A stretch of 64,000 nt of DNA from Octopus bimaculoides (taxonomy: Eukaryota): the NCBI RefSeq assembly GCF_001194135.2, contig NC_068981.1:186740236-186804235 (forward strand). The letters are read 5' to 3'. Numbering within the stretch: position 1 is the first letter of the stretch; every line of letters begins with the position of its first letter. Positions 11,321 to 23,533 of the stretch are shown here, one piece after another. A program made the position numbers and the translations under genes. The notes beneath the pieces are model-generated. The model saw nothing but the letters and a program-made list of their open reading frames with translations, had not been told where the DNA came from and made no database searches.

Positions 11321-12380
11321 TAGTGTTAGGGTACTTGCCCTGATGATGCGATAATAATATTGTGGGTTCATATCTTAGACTTGTCATTGCATTTTGTCCT
11401 TGAGCAAACTGCTATATTTTAGTTAGCCTATCGTAGCCTGCCCGAATATACTGCAATGGAAAGAATTATATTTCGGTGATAAGTGGTTAGTTTGATAGGG
11501 CAGGGTATATATTTTGTGTAGATAGTCTCTAACGTGATTTAAGTCGTCGTTAAAATGTGATGAGAGAGTTTTATATTGTGGTTGAAGAGAATATATTGTA
11601 GTTGAATATTTTATATTTCAATAGGGACGGTTTTTAATGTGGTGGAATCGTCTTTTAGTAGAATGCCTTTGCGGTAGGAAAGTTATTTTGTCGTTGAATG
11701 GGTTACATGTTCATTGAAGGTTTTCTTCAGCCCTAGGACTCATAAAGCCAGTTACTCAGTTTCCAAGGCGTATAAGTGGACGAGATGACAACATTGCTGT
11801 GAACGGGACGCCGATCTGTTGCAGAACTATACTGAAGGATTATTGTATCGGCGTTTTATTGTCGGAAGGATTTAAATTGTGATGGATGGGCTTCTACTCT
11901 TGGAAACAGTTATCTTGTATATGAAGGGATTGTGGGATTGTTCATGTGGTTATATTACATCCAAATGAGTTTTACTCATGAAAAGGGCGATTCTGTAACG
12001 GATGGGTCACACGCTTTTGGAAGGGGTCCTTCTGTATACGAAAGAATTATGGGATTGCTGCTAGGGTTGTGATATATTCAAAAGGGTTATACCATGTTGT
12101 AAGAGATTACATTGGTCCTCAGAATTCCGGTTTTTGAATTATACAAACAAACAATTGTTAAGAATATATGATAGTTGCAGATATTCCTGAATAATGTATT
12201 ACGGTAATTGTGTATAAATATATCTGTGTATGTGTGGTGGTGGGGTTATGTGTTTAAATATGTTTGTGGATTTGGACATTGTGTTGTTCGATTCACAGCA
12301 TAAATTATATTCAGACACCTAATCATTTGAATTGATTTATTTCCAAATATTCATATTATAGCATATATTCATATATATAT

Positions 12381-12413
<33 letters not shown>

Positions 12414-13012
12414 ATATCATATATATGATTAATATTATATGTATATTCCTATATGTTATTATATAATATGTAATATATGTATAGTACCATATATTTCTAT
12501 ATATTTATATCATTATATATTCATATAATGTTATATATTTATATTATTATATCATATATTCATACATATTATAAATTATATATTTATATTATATATTCAT
12601 ATATATTGTATATTTGTATTATTAACCTTCATAGTTATAATTATCTTGCTCTTATTTTCGTGTTTCATTTTATGTTTCGCTTCATTCAAACAGCATCATT
12701 GTTCCATTTCATGCTTTTATAGAAAATAAAATAACCAAATTTGTATTTAATTATAATTTTCCTCAATCTTAATTCCTATATAGATTATAATATTTGAAAA
12801 TACATGTCAAGATTATCCGTTACGCTCTCTCTCTACAAGCATGCATATACATACGGATTTATATGAATACAAATAGGGAAATATATGAATAAAATTAATC
12901 AAATATAATCGTTAAAGCTTAAACAACCACGGAAAAACATAGGAAACTATAAATACTAGAATATTGAATTAATGTTGCAGCTTTGCAGCATGAATCACAA
13001 ATCTTCTATGTA

Positions 13013-13058
<46 letters not shown>

Positions 13059-13064
13059 CATACA

Positions 13065-13520
13065 TAGGGTAGGACAAAATTCACGAAATCTGACTGCATA
13101 TGGCGAGGCGATCAGTGAGCGTAATCTAGTGGTTTCAGCTGTTATATAAACTGCAAGTTTATACTTCGTGACATTTGACTCTCCCTGTGTGTGTATCTGT
13201 TAAAGTTTGTCATACCGGCCATGACGAAGGGAAATAGCCCTGAAACTCGAGTCGCCTTTATATATTTATATTTATATATTTGATCCTTTATATTGAACAC
13301 TCAATATTTCATCTACATTCAATACTTTCTTTCATGGTGCCATCCATTTTTATTTTATTTTATTTTATATTATATATTGTATATTATATATATTGTATAT
13401 TCCATATTCTATACCCCACATTGGTTCTGCAGGAATATAAATAAAACATAAAAAACAGACAGTGTTGGAACTCTTTTAAACAAAATAACATATTCCTCTA
13501 TACACAATCATACAAAAAAA
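13065..13520 (+). mobile_element. Probable Penelope-like element terminal-repeat remnant
   Basis: Contains a minimal type I hammerhead motif of the kind known from Penelope-like elements; flanked by TA microsatellites. Boundaries approximate. Confidence 0.5.
13217..13256 (+). ncRNA. Minimal type I hammerhead ribozyme motif (core variant)
   Basis: GGC-C(A)UGACGA-AGGG aaatag CCCU-GAAA-C ucga G-UC-GCC: all three stems and a GUC site present; one extra A (or C3A) in the core. Confidence 0.6.
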
Positions 13521-13546
13521 CCACCTTTTTTGTATTTATTTTTACT

Positions 13547-13610
<64 letters not shown>

Positions 13611-13737
13611 TATAGATATATATATATATATTGTGTGTGTGTGTGTGTATTATTTATATATATATATGTATATATAGATAGATAGATATTATATATATAT
13701 ACGTGTGTGTGTGTATATATGTGTATACATGGATATA

Positions 13738-14206
13738 CAGGCGTGGCTGTGTGGGAAGAAGCTTGCTTCCCAACCACTTGGTTCCGTGTTCAGTTCCACT
13801 GCGTGGTACCTCGGGAAAGTGTCTTCTGCTATAGTCGCGGGCCGACCAAAGCCTTGTGAGTGAATTTGGTAGACGGACACTGGAAGAAGCCCGTCGAGTA
13901 TATATATATGTATTTGTGTGTGTGTTTATATATATGTGTGTGTATGTATATATATATAAATATATATGTGCGTGTATGTATTTATATATGTACATATATA
14001 TTTATATGTATGTATGTATGTTTGTCCTCCACTCCCGTAATCGCTTGACAACCGATGCTGGTTTGTTTATGCCTCCGTAACTTAGCGGTTCTGCAAAAGA
14101 TAGCGATAGAATAAGTACTAGGCTTACAAAGAATAAGTTCTGGGCTTGATTTCTTCGACTCTAACCGCTGTCAAATGACTGAAACAAGTTAAAGAATAAA
14201 AGAATA
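13738..14206 (+). mobile_element. SINE family A, full length
   Basis: Near-consensus head, microsatellite and tail. Confidence 0.9.
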
Positions 14207-14689
14207 TATATATATATATATATATANNNNNNNNNNNNNNNNNNNNNNNNNNNNNNNNNNNNNNNNNNNNNNNNNNNNNNNNNNNNNNNNNNNNNNNNNN
14301 NNNNNNNNNNNNNNNNNNNNNNNNNNNNNNNNNNNNNNNNNNNNNNNNNNNNNNNNNNNNNNNNNNNNNNNNNNNNNNNNNNNNNNNNNNNNNNNNNNNN
14401 NNNNNNNNNNNNNNNNNNNNNNNNNNNNNNNNNNNNNNNNNNNNNNNNNNNNNNNNNNNNNNNNNNNNNNNNNNNNNNNNNNNNNNNNNNNNNNNNNNNN
14501 NNNNNNNNNNNNNNNNNNNNNNNNNNNNNNNNNNNNNNNNNNNNNNNNNNNNNNNNNNNNNNNNNNNNNNNNNNNNNNNNNNNNNNNNNNNNNNNNNNNN
14601 NNNNNNNNNNNNNNNNNNNNNNNNNNNNNNNNNNNNNNNNNNNNNNNNNNNNNNNNNNNNNNNNNNNNNNNNNNNNNNNNNNNNNNNNN

Positions 14690-15210
14690 CGATCCCGAAA
14701 GGATGAAAGTCGATCTCGGTGAAATTTGAACTCACAACGTAAAGACAGACGAAGTACCGCCCGGCGTGCTAACGTTTCTTTTCGGCTCTAAGCACAAGGC
14801 CCGAAATTTTGGGGGAGGGTGCCAGTCGATTAGATCGACCTCAGTACGCAACTGGTACTTAATTTATCGACACCGAAAGGATGAAAGACAAAGTCGACCT
14901 CGGTGGAATTTGAACTCAGAACGTAAAGACAGACGAAATACCGCTAAGCATTTCGCCCTGCGTGCTAACGTTTCTTATTTCTTTATTGCCCACAAAGGGC
15001 TAAATATAGAGAGGACAGACAAGGACAGACAAAGGGATTAAGTCGATTACATCGACTCCAGTGCGTAACTGGTACTCAATTTATCGACCCCAAAAGGTTG
15101 AAAGGCAAAGTCGTCCTCGGCAGAATTTGAACTCAGAACGTAAAGACAGACGAAATAACGTTCAGCATTTCGCCCGGCGTGCTAACGTTTCTGCCAGCTC
15201 GCCACCCAAG
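14690..15210 (-). mobile_element. Tandem multimer of SINE family B (3 partial units)
   Basis: Three successive gaaaggatgaaag..aaagtcgacctcgg.gaatttgaactcagaacgtaaagacagacgaaata units. Confidence 0.9.
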
Positions 15211-15394
15211 ATTAAAATTTTCTCATGTTAGCAATGTTTTTCTTAAGACATGGACAGAACTCCTGAAAACATTTTTTAGTTATTCTCATACTTCTGGGTT
15301 TCCTGCTATTGGACCATAATGATTAAGAGTTCTGTTTGGTATTATCCCTAAACTCCGATGATCACAGGTACAGATGTTGTTTTTAAATGCCACA

Positions 15395-15570
15395 TACGAG
15401 TGGGTGCTGAAAAGTTCCGAGCTTTAAGGGTGTCACAAAAGTTATGATTGGAGGCCCAACCTTCCGAGTTCTTTTACAGGGAATAGAAAAACTGAAAGAC
15501 CGCTGCAATAAGTGTGTGAATTTGAGAGGGGAATATATTGAATAAAATCATAATTAATTGATCCTCCCGC
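15395..15570 (+). mobile_element. mariner-derived MITE
   Basis: Same TIR as 9356; retains GIEKLKDRCNKCVNLRGEYIE*, the mariner transposase C-terminus. Confidence 0.8.
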
Positions 15571-15599
15571 TTAAAAGGTTCCTGAATAAGGATTGTTTA

Positions 15600-15895
15600 A
15601 GGATGTTTCCAAAGGTGAATTATTCAAACCCCCAAAGAATTCCTTTCAACACATAGCTATGATGCTCCCCTATGATTACTGCTCGTGATCAGAGATGCAT
15701 ATATCGTCAGCCACTAAGGGACATGCTCAACTGATGAAAGTCAAACAACTGACAAGCAAATTTGTGGTATTAAGCAGAATATTTGCTGTAGCCCATCTTT
15801 TATACCAAGACAAAACAATGTACATGATAACACTTCCAATCAATTAAAATCAAAAGCCATGAAAGCCACTGTTTGGAATGTATCAGTGCATTTAT
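15600..15895. repeat. Unclassified interspersed repeat (gaattattcaaacccc...gccactaagggacatgctcaact)
   Basis: Recalled as a common octopus repeat; single copy here, so support is from memory only. Confidence 0.35.
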
Positions 15896-17002
15896 TATTG
15901 TTGCTGTTAATGTTTACAACTATGTCCGGATTTCTTCTGCCCACCTGACGCATCTTAGCTTCCTAATCTATGTGTATCATTGTGTTTTGAGAATCTAGAA
16001 TCGCATTTTTTCTTGCATTTGTTTTGCATGGTCGTTGTGTTTGCCTATTAGTAATTGTTTTATTGTTCTTGGTATCATTTTATTGTTTCGTCTTGTGGTT
16101 TAGGATATGAATTGTATCTGGGAAATTCTTAATTCATAGATATAAACAAAGAAAATTGGTTATCTATAATTTCCTTGGTTTTTTTTTTCTATTTACCAAC
16201 AGTAAAATTAGATCTTGTCTGATTTTGTTGGTATTATAAATCAACAGTAATTTCACAGCTCTTGGTTTGAGATTATATGTTAAATATAGAAATTTAACAT
16301 GGAATGTTGTAGATAGTAATTTGTAGCAGTTAACATGAATGTATTTGTGAATGTCTGCATTGTGTGGTGGAAATGTTATGAAAAATATACATAGATATGT
16401 TCCTGCTTCTTGTAAACAGGATGATTTATCTTGTAAAGCTAGATGTGTGCAAATATAAATGGTCAATATAGGAAGAAAGATTAGTTAAACGTGTAAATAT
16501 TTATCGGTCGAAATTCTGTTGAGGCTATGCCGCAGTAGAAGTTAATTTATATCAAGACAGAGCGAAAGGGAAGCAAAGTAACACTAGCACATAATTGCTG
16601 TTAGAATAAAAGATTTGGACACAAAGAGAGACTTGCTTGTGTCGTGCGAATGTCGACAATGGAGAAAAGGGGAGACGACTTGAGGTTGGGGAGCCTTTAT
16701 AGAAGAATTAACTCGACAAACTACTATTTTCTAGTTGATTAAAACAATACGCGTGGCAAGACTAAGCTAAAATGTGGACGGTGGAAAGGATATTGATAAG
16801 TATTTGAAATGTGTTAATTTGTTGAGTTGTGGTTATGTAGAGTATGTGCTGTGTGAGTTATGGTTCGTACTAAAATATCGAATGATGACTGTATGAAGTA
16901 TGTTCAAAGTTGTATGGGTTATGTTATATTGTTGTTGGCAATTATTGATGTGGTTCAGAGTGTTGATTATGTAAGCATTTGTGTTGCATTATTATATGAG
17001 GT

Positions 17003-17220
17003 GGTAAGGCGGCGAGCTAGCAGAATCGTTACATTCCGGGCAAAATGCTCAGCGGCATTTCGACTGTCTTTAAGTTCTGAGTTCACATTCCACCGAAGTC
17101 GACTTTGACTTTCATCATTTTCTGGTCGATAAAATAAGTACCAGTGAAGTGCTGGGTTGATGAAATCGACTTGCTCCCGCTCCAAAAATTTCAGGCCTTG
17201 TGCTTATAGTAGAAAGGATC
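17003..17220 (+). mobile_element. SINE family B
   Basis: Full consensus ending ggccttgtgc.tatagtagaaaggat. Confidence 0.85.
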
Positions 17221-17254
17221 ATTATATGAGAAGACGAATGCGTAATGTATGTGA

Positions 17255-17460
17255 ATTGCGTTGTTGTTGTTGTTGTTGCTTAACTCTAGATCAACTCTAA
17301 TGGATCACGCCCATGAGGAAAAGCATTCCAACCACGACCATCACTCCGTCTCTTTACGGTATGTAGAGCTACATTATCTGTGGCATGTCCGTTATACATA
17401 AAAAAACGATCGGGTGTGATTTGAATGAGATTTAGCTGTTAGTTTTAGCAGCTTTGATGT
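17255..17460 (-). mobile_element. Retroposon family D with (AAC)n tail
   Basis: (TTG)n, then aaagcattccaaccacgaccatc...gatttagctgttagttttagcag. Confidence 0.6.
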
Positions 17461-17609
17461 TCGCCTTAAAGCTGCTTCTGGCTGATAATTCTGCAAAGTA
17501 TTTATTGAGTTGAGTTATTTCATAATGGAATAATAGCATGGTTACATGATTGTGTAAGAATTGTTTAAGCTGTCTTACGTTAGATGAGGGATCTACCTAA
17601 CAGAGCTTT

Positions 17610-18045
17610 CTTTTGGACTGTGTATAAGTGTGCTTGTAATGCCTGATACGCGGCTTCCTAAGAAATAGTGAACAGGCGAAAGGCAAGAGTAAGTAAAGCA
17701 GACAGAAAAAGCGCTTCAAGGACCCACTCAAAGCTTCAATGAAGAGCTTTCAGATCTAACCCAACAGTTGGGAAAATCAAGCATAAGACAACCCTATAAG
17801 GCGAAGCTGCCTCAACAGAGGTTTCACCTCTTACGAACAGAACAGGATTGCAGTGGCCCAAAGAAAACGCGAATCACGTCCAGAGCGAACTCCTTGCTTT
17901 CAGTCCCAACCGACCACCAATACCCGACCTGCGGCAGAGCTTTCCGTGTACGGATCGGACTGCTTGGCCACAGCGTACACACCGTGCCCCGTCTTCTCCC
18001 ATGTGATATATCCTTGGTGATCGTCGATGGCGATGGACGAACTAT
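17610..18045 (+). pseudogene. RTE-BovB-like LINE 3' end
   Basis: MPDTRLPKK..RQKKRFKDPLKASMKSF and terminal zinc-finger-like CGRAFRVRIGLLGH. Confidence 0.8.
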
Positions 18046-18109
18046 TGTGTGCCCCAGTATACTCCTTATACTTTTGTCCATGTTTATCTTAACCAGATGT
18101 TACTTGTAC

Positions 18110-18490
18110 TGTTATCACTTCCATACCCCCACCTTTGCTTTATTTCCATTTTAAGCTAATCGTATTTTGATACTTTCTCGATTTCTTGCCCGGCGAAATA
18201 TCAGTTTAAAAGTATCAAGATGTCTATCAAAGAACAGAGATTTTCGTTCCTGGCTTTGGCAATTATATGTGAGCACTCCACATTGATTGTTTTGTCAATT
18301 TGGCAACAATAATCGGGTATGTTCCATATTAGTGTTGCCAGATCCATGACATGTACGGCATTTGGTACATGTTCATACCAGTTCTTATCTGCTTTCCACT
18401 TCGACCTGTTGGCATGGCTATTAAATCGATTGTGTCTGAGGATGTAGCCTGACTTTACAAACTCCACAGTCAGAAACAATGTTTCTGTTA
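18110..18490 (-). pseudogene. R4/Dong-like RLE endonuclease remnant
   Basis: KNWYEHVPNAV...LIWNIP...CSLIDI...QEIEKVSKY..LKMEI matches the WY.H.P / CLLID / EK..KY pattern. Confidence 0.7.
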
Positions 18491-18527
18491 GCATAAGACA
18501 TTAAACGAAATGAATAAAATTGCAATC

Positions 18528-18618
<91 letters not shown>
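18528..18618. repeat. (CA)n microsatellite
   Basis: About 45 units seen directly. Confidence 0.98.
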
Positions 18619-18620
<2 letters not shown>

Positions 18621-18959
18621 GCGCCTATGTTTAAACGTATATGATTCTCTTTTTTGTTTACGGGAGATGTGTGTTCGGGTCCCACGAACAGCCTTCGGGT
18701 TCTCTTCGAAAGATTTCTAATCCCAATATTTACACACTAGTCTTTATAGCTTTATCTACTACGAGATTCGCTGACCCAAGAATCATCTCACGTTCTCGAA
18801 GTTTCTAAATCTTTATGGTGTTAACATATACACACACTCACACACGCATACACACACACACACACACACAACAAAAATGACCTTAGCAAGATTTGAACCC
18901 ATAGCACACAGAGTCGGAACATGAGCTATTTTATTTCACGTTCTGACATGTCTGCCGAA

Positions 18960-19205
18960 TTACTACCAGTAGTTTTCGCATTGATAAATACCTGTCCTCG
19001 CCCCAATTTTGGCAAGGGCCAACAGTTTAGGGGAGAGGAACAAGTCGATTATATCAATCTCAGTGCTTAACTGGTGCTCATTGTATCGGCTCCGAAAGGA
19101 GAATTGGCGAAGTCCACCTCGGCGGTATTTGAACTCAGAGAATAAAGAACCGAAAAAATGCCGCAAAATTCTGTCCGGGGTAGTAACAATTCTACCAGCT
19201 CACCG
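18960..19205 (-). mobile_element. SINE family B, followed by a CT-rich microsatellite (19208-19505)
   Basis: Consensus match on minus strand. Confidence 0.75.
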
Positions 19206-19333
19206 CACTTTCTCTCTCTTTCTCTCTCTCTCGCGCGCTCTCTCTCTCTTTCTCTCTGTCGCTCTCTTTTTTCTCTCTGTCACGCTCTCTCTCTTTCTCT
19301 CCCTCTCTCTCACTTTATCGCTTTCTCTCTCGA

Positions 19334-19375
<42 letters not shown>

Positions 19376-19599
19376 TTGCTTTCTCTCGCTCTCTTCCTTT
19401 CTCTTTCTCTTTCTCACTCGCTCTCTTACTTTCTTTCTATCTCTCACTCTCTCTCTCTTTCACTCACTCTCTCTCTCACTCTCTTGCTTTCTCTTTCTCT
19501 CCCTATCAGCCCTTTCTTATTTTCGCATAAGGTCAGCAAATCTGAAGTCTGGAGATTCGATTCCATCAACCCCATTGGTACTTAGCTTATCTCTCATTT

Positions 19600-19775
19600 G
19601 GACTGTGTGTATAAGTTCCTGTAATACCTGACGGGCAACTCTCCAAGAGATTGTTTTACAGCGAACTCACGGAAGGCAAGCGCACGCAAGAAGGACAGAA
19701 AAAAAAGCGCTTCAAGGGCACACCCAAAACCTCACTGAAGGACTTTGATATCAATCGCGACAACTGGGAAACTCA
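19600..19775 (+). pseudogene. RTE LINE fragment, truncated by SINE B (19775-19920, minus)
   Basis: PDGQLSKRLFYSELTEGKRTQEGQKK.RFK..KTSLKDFDINRDNWETQA. Confidence 0.75.
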
Positions 19776-19962
19776 AGCACCACTGGTACTTACTTTATCG
19801 ACCCCGAGAGAATGAAAGGCAAAGTCGACTTCGCCGGAATTTGAGCTCAGAATATAAAGACGGACAAAATACCGCTAAGCATTTTGTCCTGCGCGGTAAC
19901 GATTTTGCCAGCGCGCTGTCTTCACTCGCTTTATTAATGAATACACAGAGTTTGCGTTCTTA

Positions 19963-20185
19963 AACGAGGAGTGGCTGAAAAGTTCTTGGATTTGGGTGAA
20001 AGAAAATACAGGAGGATGAGTTAATTATGATTTTTATTCAATATATTCCCCTTCTCAGATTCACACACTTATTGCAGCCATCCATCAGTTTTTCTAAGTC
20101 CTGTGAAAGAAATGAGAAACTTGAGTCTCCAGCCAAACCTTTTGCGACATCCTTAAAACCAGGAACTTTTCAGTACTCCCTGGTA
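19963..20185 (-). mobile_element. mariner-derived MITE with both TIRs
   Basis: Ends acgaggagtggctgaaaagttcttgg and ccaggaacttttcagtactccctggta. Confidence 0.8.
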
Positions 20186-20270
20186 ATTCTTTTTCCTTTG
20201 CCATAGTGTTTAAAAAAAGACCGGTTAAAACCAGCTTTATTTTATTAAACGAAACAACTTTTCTCCTCAC

Positions 20271-20369
20271 CCCAATTTCAATTCTAGCAGTCTGTCCGGT
20301 GAGGATGCGAGCCTCACTTTCAAAATCACCGTGACGGTTTTTCCTTATGTGCTGAATATTTTTTGTATC
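20271..20369 (-). CDS. Candidate 99-nt phase 0-0 exon (DTKNIQHIRKNRHGDFESEARILTGQTARIEIG)
   Basis: Donor GGG|GTGAGG and open frame; acceptor is weak, with a competing AG 16 nt upstream. Confidence 0.25.
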
Positions 20370-20514
20370 CTGGTTCAGTTAGTTTCTATAAAACACTAAA
20401 TCCATTTATGAAAGTTCTTTTCACCCCCTATCCACTGTTTATGTTGTTTGTAATGACGCTAATTATGTCGTTGTCATTACGGCTGATGGCCGCCTCTCAT
20501 GTTATTGTAGTCGT

Positions 20515-20745
20515 TGCTAAGGCGGTGAGCTGGCAGAGTCGTTAGCACATCAGAAGAATGCTTAGCGGTATTTCGTCCGTCTTTACGTTCTGAGTTCAAA
20601 TTCCGCTCAAGATGATTTTGCCTTTTTATGCCTTCGGCGTCGATGAAATAAGCATCCATTGAGCACCGGTCATCGATGTAAGTCCCTAGCGCTCTTTTCC
20701 ACCAAAATTTCAGTCCTTGTGTCTAGGGTAAAAAGGGATTCTGTC
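20515..20745 (+). mobile_element. SINE family B
   Basis: Consensus match. Confidence 0.8.
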
Positions 20746-20759
20746 GTTACTAGTGTTGT

Positions 20760-20839
20760 TGATTTTGACGTCAACATCGTTATCATTATTATTATTGTTG
20801 CTGCTGTTGTTGGTGTTGTTGTTGTTATGTTTATTGTTT

Positions 20840-20876
<37 letters not shown>

Positions 20877-21110
20877 ACTGCTGCACATCCCCCACACATG
20901 GTCAGCCCTGATCGATCAAGCAATCAAAAGCATTGCAGCTCTCACCAGGCCATATGTCTTATTTTCTTTCCTTTTGTAATTGAATGTTAAAACTTCACAT
21001 TGTTAAATTGGTCTTTTCTGATGTATAAGACGGCATGATGCGAATCGAGAGAATTTAGCTGTTATTTCTCGCAAGACGAGCGACTGCCTTATAAACTCTC
21101 TCAAGTGGTT
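20760..21110 (-). mobile_element. (TTG)/(CTG) microsatellite plus retroposon family D
   Basis: cagccctgatcgatcaag...aaagcattgcagc and atttagctgttatttctcgcaag. Confidence 0.6.
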
Positions 21111-21223
21111 CCTTGTTATTCTGACAGCTACCGTAAATATGTCTGCCATCGGGGCCGTCGAAATTGTTGATGTATTGTCTACACCGATGAGACTGAATCA
21201 TCGATTCCTCACCGTAAATATAT

Positions 21224-21276
<53 letters not shown>

Positions 21277-21543
21277 TTATGTGCGGTGGGGTGATATATA
21301 TGGATTCTAGATGCATACAAACACACACAGCTTTATTATCGTATCTTTTCTTTGAAGGCTACATTCTCTTATTACACTTCTATTTTTCCAAGAAAGTGTT
21401 TGTGTGTTTGTTTTTATTCAGAGTGATTTGATAACTTATATAATCTAACACGATGTTCTGTCCTGGCGCGATAGGGATTTTTAGCAAAATATACTGCTTT
21501 CAATCAAAGAAGAATATATCATGTCTGTACGATGAGAAGCTAA

Positions 21544-21604
<61 letters not shown>

Positions 21605-21857
21605 TTCAGCAACTTCTTACTTCCCACGTCGTATCTTTGTCACTTCTGTTTTATAACTTCGGTATTGGTATCATCCCCTTTTTTATTATTTTTCTCTAGT
21701 CTTTTACCTTTTACTTCTTTCAGTCATTATACTGCGCCCATGTTGGGGTACTAACTTGAAGAATTTTTGATCGAATGAATCAATTCCAGTCCTTGATTTT
21801 TTTTTTTATTATTATTTTTTTTTTTCTTTTTAGACTGGTACTTACTTTCTCTTATAC

Positions 21858-21896
21858 CTGCGAAGAGAGCTTCCTAACCAATCGGCCATACAGCAT
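21858..21896 (-). CDS. Candidate first coding exon MLYGRLVRKLSSQ
   Basis: gaaaATG context, 13 codons, donor CAG|GTATAA, ~150 bp downstream of a promoter-like patch. Confidence 0.35.
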
Positions 21897-21989
21897 TTTC
21901 AATTTTGGTAATACAAAATGGTCTGTACTCGATGCGTTCGGTTATCTTGCGGAAATACGATAATCTGTCGAGCGTGCAGTACACCTCTG

Positions 21990-22110
21990 TACTCTAGGCG
22001 TAACGACCGGGAACTGACGAGACCTACCAGCTCGAAAATTCTTACGCATGCGCAGGAAGGGTGGCGTCACTGCTCATCCAAAGGATTTCGCCCAAGTGGC
22101 ATTAGTTTTA
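21990..22110. promoter_or_regulatory. CpG-rich promoter-like patch with NRF1-like, ETS-like and CRE-like motifs
   Basis: ACGCATGCGCA at 22044-22054 (NRF1 consensus YGCGCATGCGCR), CAGGAAG, TGGCGTCAC; CpG density visibly above flanks; not a recognised repeat. Confidence 0.45.
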
Positions 22111-22309
22111 GCGGGAAAAAATAAAGTTGGATACTTTTAGAACGCAGCACGTATGTATGTATGTATGTACACGTACACACACACGCATATATATATATAT
22201 GTGGAAACAAAACCTCTAAAAACTTGAAACCCTTAAAATAATTATTACCCTTACCAGAATCAGAATCTCTATGACAATAACACATTATTAATGTATGGCA
22301 TAATAAGCC

Positions 22310-22536
22310 TTTCCACTATAAGTACAGGGTCTAAAATTGTGTGGGAGGGAGGTAATCGATTACATCAATCTCCATTGCTCAACTCCGAAAAGATGAAAGT
22401 CAAAGTCGACCTCGGCGGAATTTGAACTCAGAATGTACTAACGGACGAAATGCTGCGGTCGATTTGTTTGATTAAAGATGATGCTCCAGCATGCTTACTG
22501 TCAAATGTCTGGAACAAGTAAAAGAATAAAAGAATA
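22310..22536. mobile_element. SINE B (minus) fused to SINE A tail (plus)
   Basis: Junction at ~22453. Confidence 0.7.
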
Positions 22537-23244
22537 NNNNNNNNNNNNNNNNNNNNNNNNNNNNNNNNNNNNNNNNNNNNNNNNNNNNNNNNNNNNNNNN
22601 NNNNNNNNNNNNNNNNNNNNNNNNNNNNNNNNNNNNNNNNNNNNNNNNNNNNNNNNNNNNTATATATATATATATATATATGAGAGATAGAATCGCCTTT
22701 TGCTGGGAACATTTTGTCCGGCGTGCGAATGATTCTGCTACCTCACCGCCTTAAATGTGTGGTATAACACGATATTATATGTATGATATGATATGATATA
22801 AACAACAAAACCACTATAAAACAAGAGACCTTGAACCCTTACATAAGTTCAACCTTATGAGAACAAGAATTTCAATGAAGGACAACTTAGAAATACGAGA
22901 ACACACGATATAAAAGTCAACAAGAACATCGAACGTGTACGTCTCTCATCAGCTGCCTGACGGATATTATTGGGAAGTCTATTCTTAACATCAAACACTT
23001 TCACCTTCAGACATGTTAGAGATTACTAAACACACTGAAAATAAGAAACAAAGATCGTACAACTCACATACTTAAATGAAGGCTATATCGAAAAATATAG
23101 TTCTTGATATACTAACGACGAGTGAATATAAATGGCTGAATATACCTCAGATAAGTGTACCCCCTACCATGATCCTTAAGTGGCATCAGTGTCACGCAGC
23201 ATGTAAGAAGGTTGGGTCTTTGAATTGAAAGTACAATCCCTCCA

Positions 23245-23408
23245 ACGAGCTTCTGTGCAGTTTCCGTCTACGCAATTTCACTCAAGAAATTTTGCTTGAC
23301 CCAAGATTTGAAGATTAAAATAAAGGGTCATTTGCCTTAGATAGGGGTCACGCAGTGAGATCGAACTGAGGAGTTTGTAATTGCCAAGTGAATGTTATAA
23401 CCAGCTGA
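23245..23408 (-). mobile_element. SINE family A head, diverged
   Basis: cagtttccgtctac..aatttcactc. Confidence 0.6.
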
Positions 23409-23478
<70 letters not shown>

Positions 23479-23502
23479 ATACATATGTATACACACACAT
23501 AC

Positions 23503-23533
<31 letters not shown>

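Noticed and set aside
17460-17580. Minus-strand frame QLKQFLHNHVTMLLF...
   Set aside because: No canonical donor; merges into a family D repeat.
17768-18154. 128-aa ORF with a C2H2-like motif as a zinc-finger gene
   Set aside because: It is the 3' end of an RTE ORF.
22016-22045. Hammerhead-like CTGACGA...GAAA
   Set aside because: Stem II is only 2-3 bp and no stem III or cleavage triplet can be formed.
22925-22962. Minus-strand CTGATGA-hairpin resembling a hammerhead
   Set aside because: GATG instead of GAAA and no stem III.
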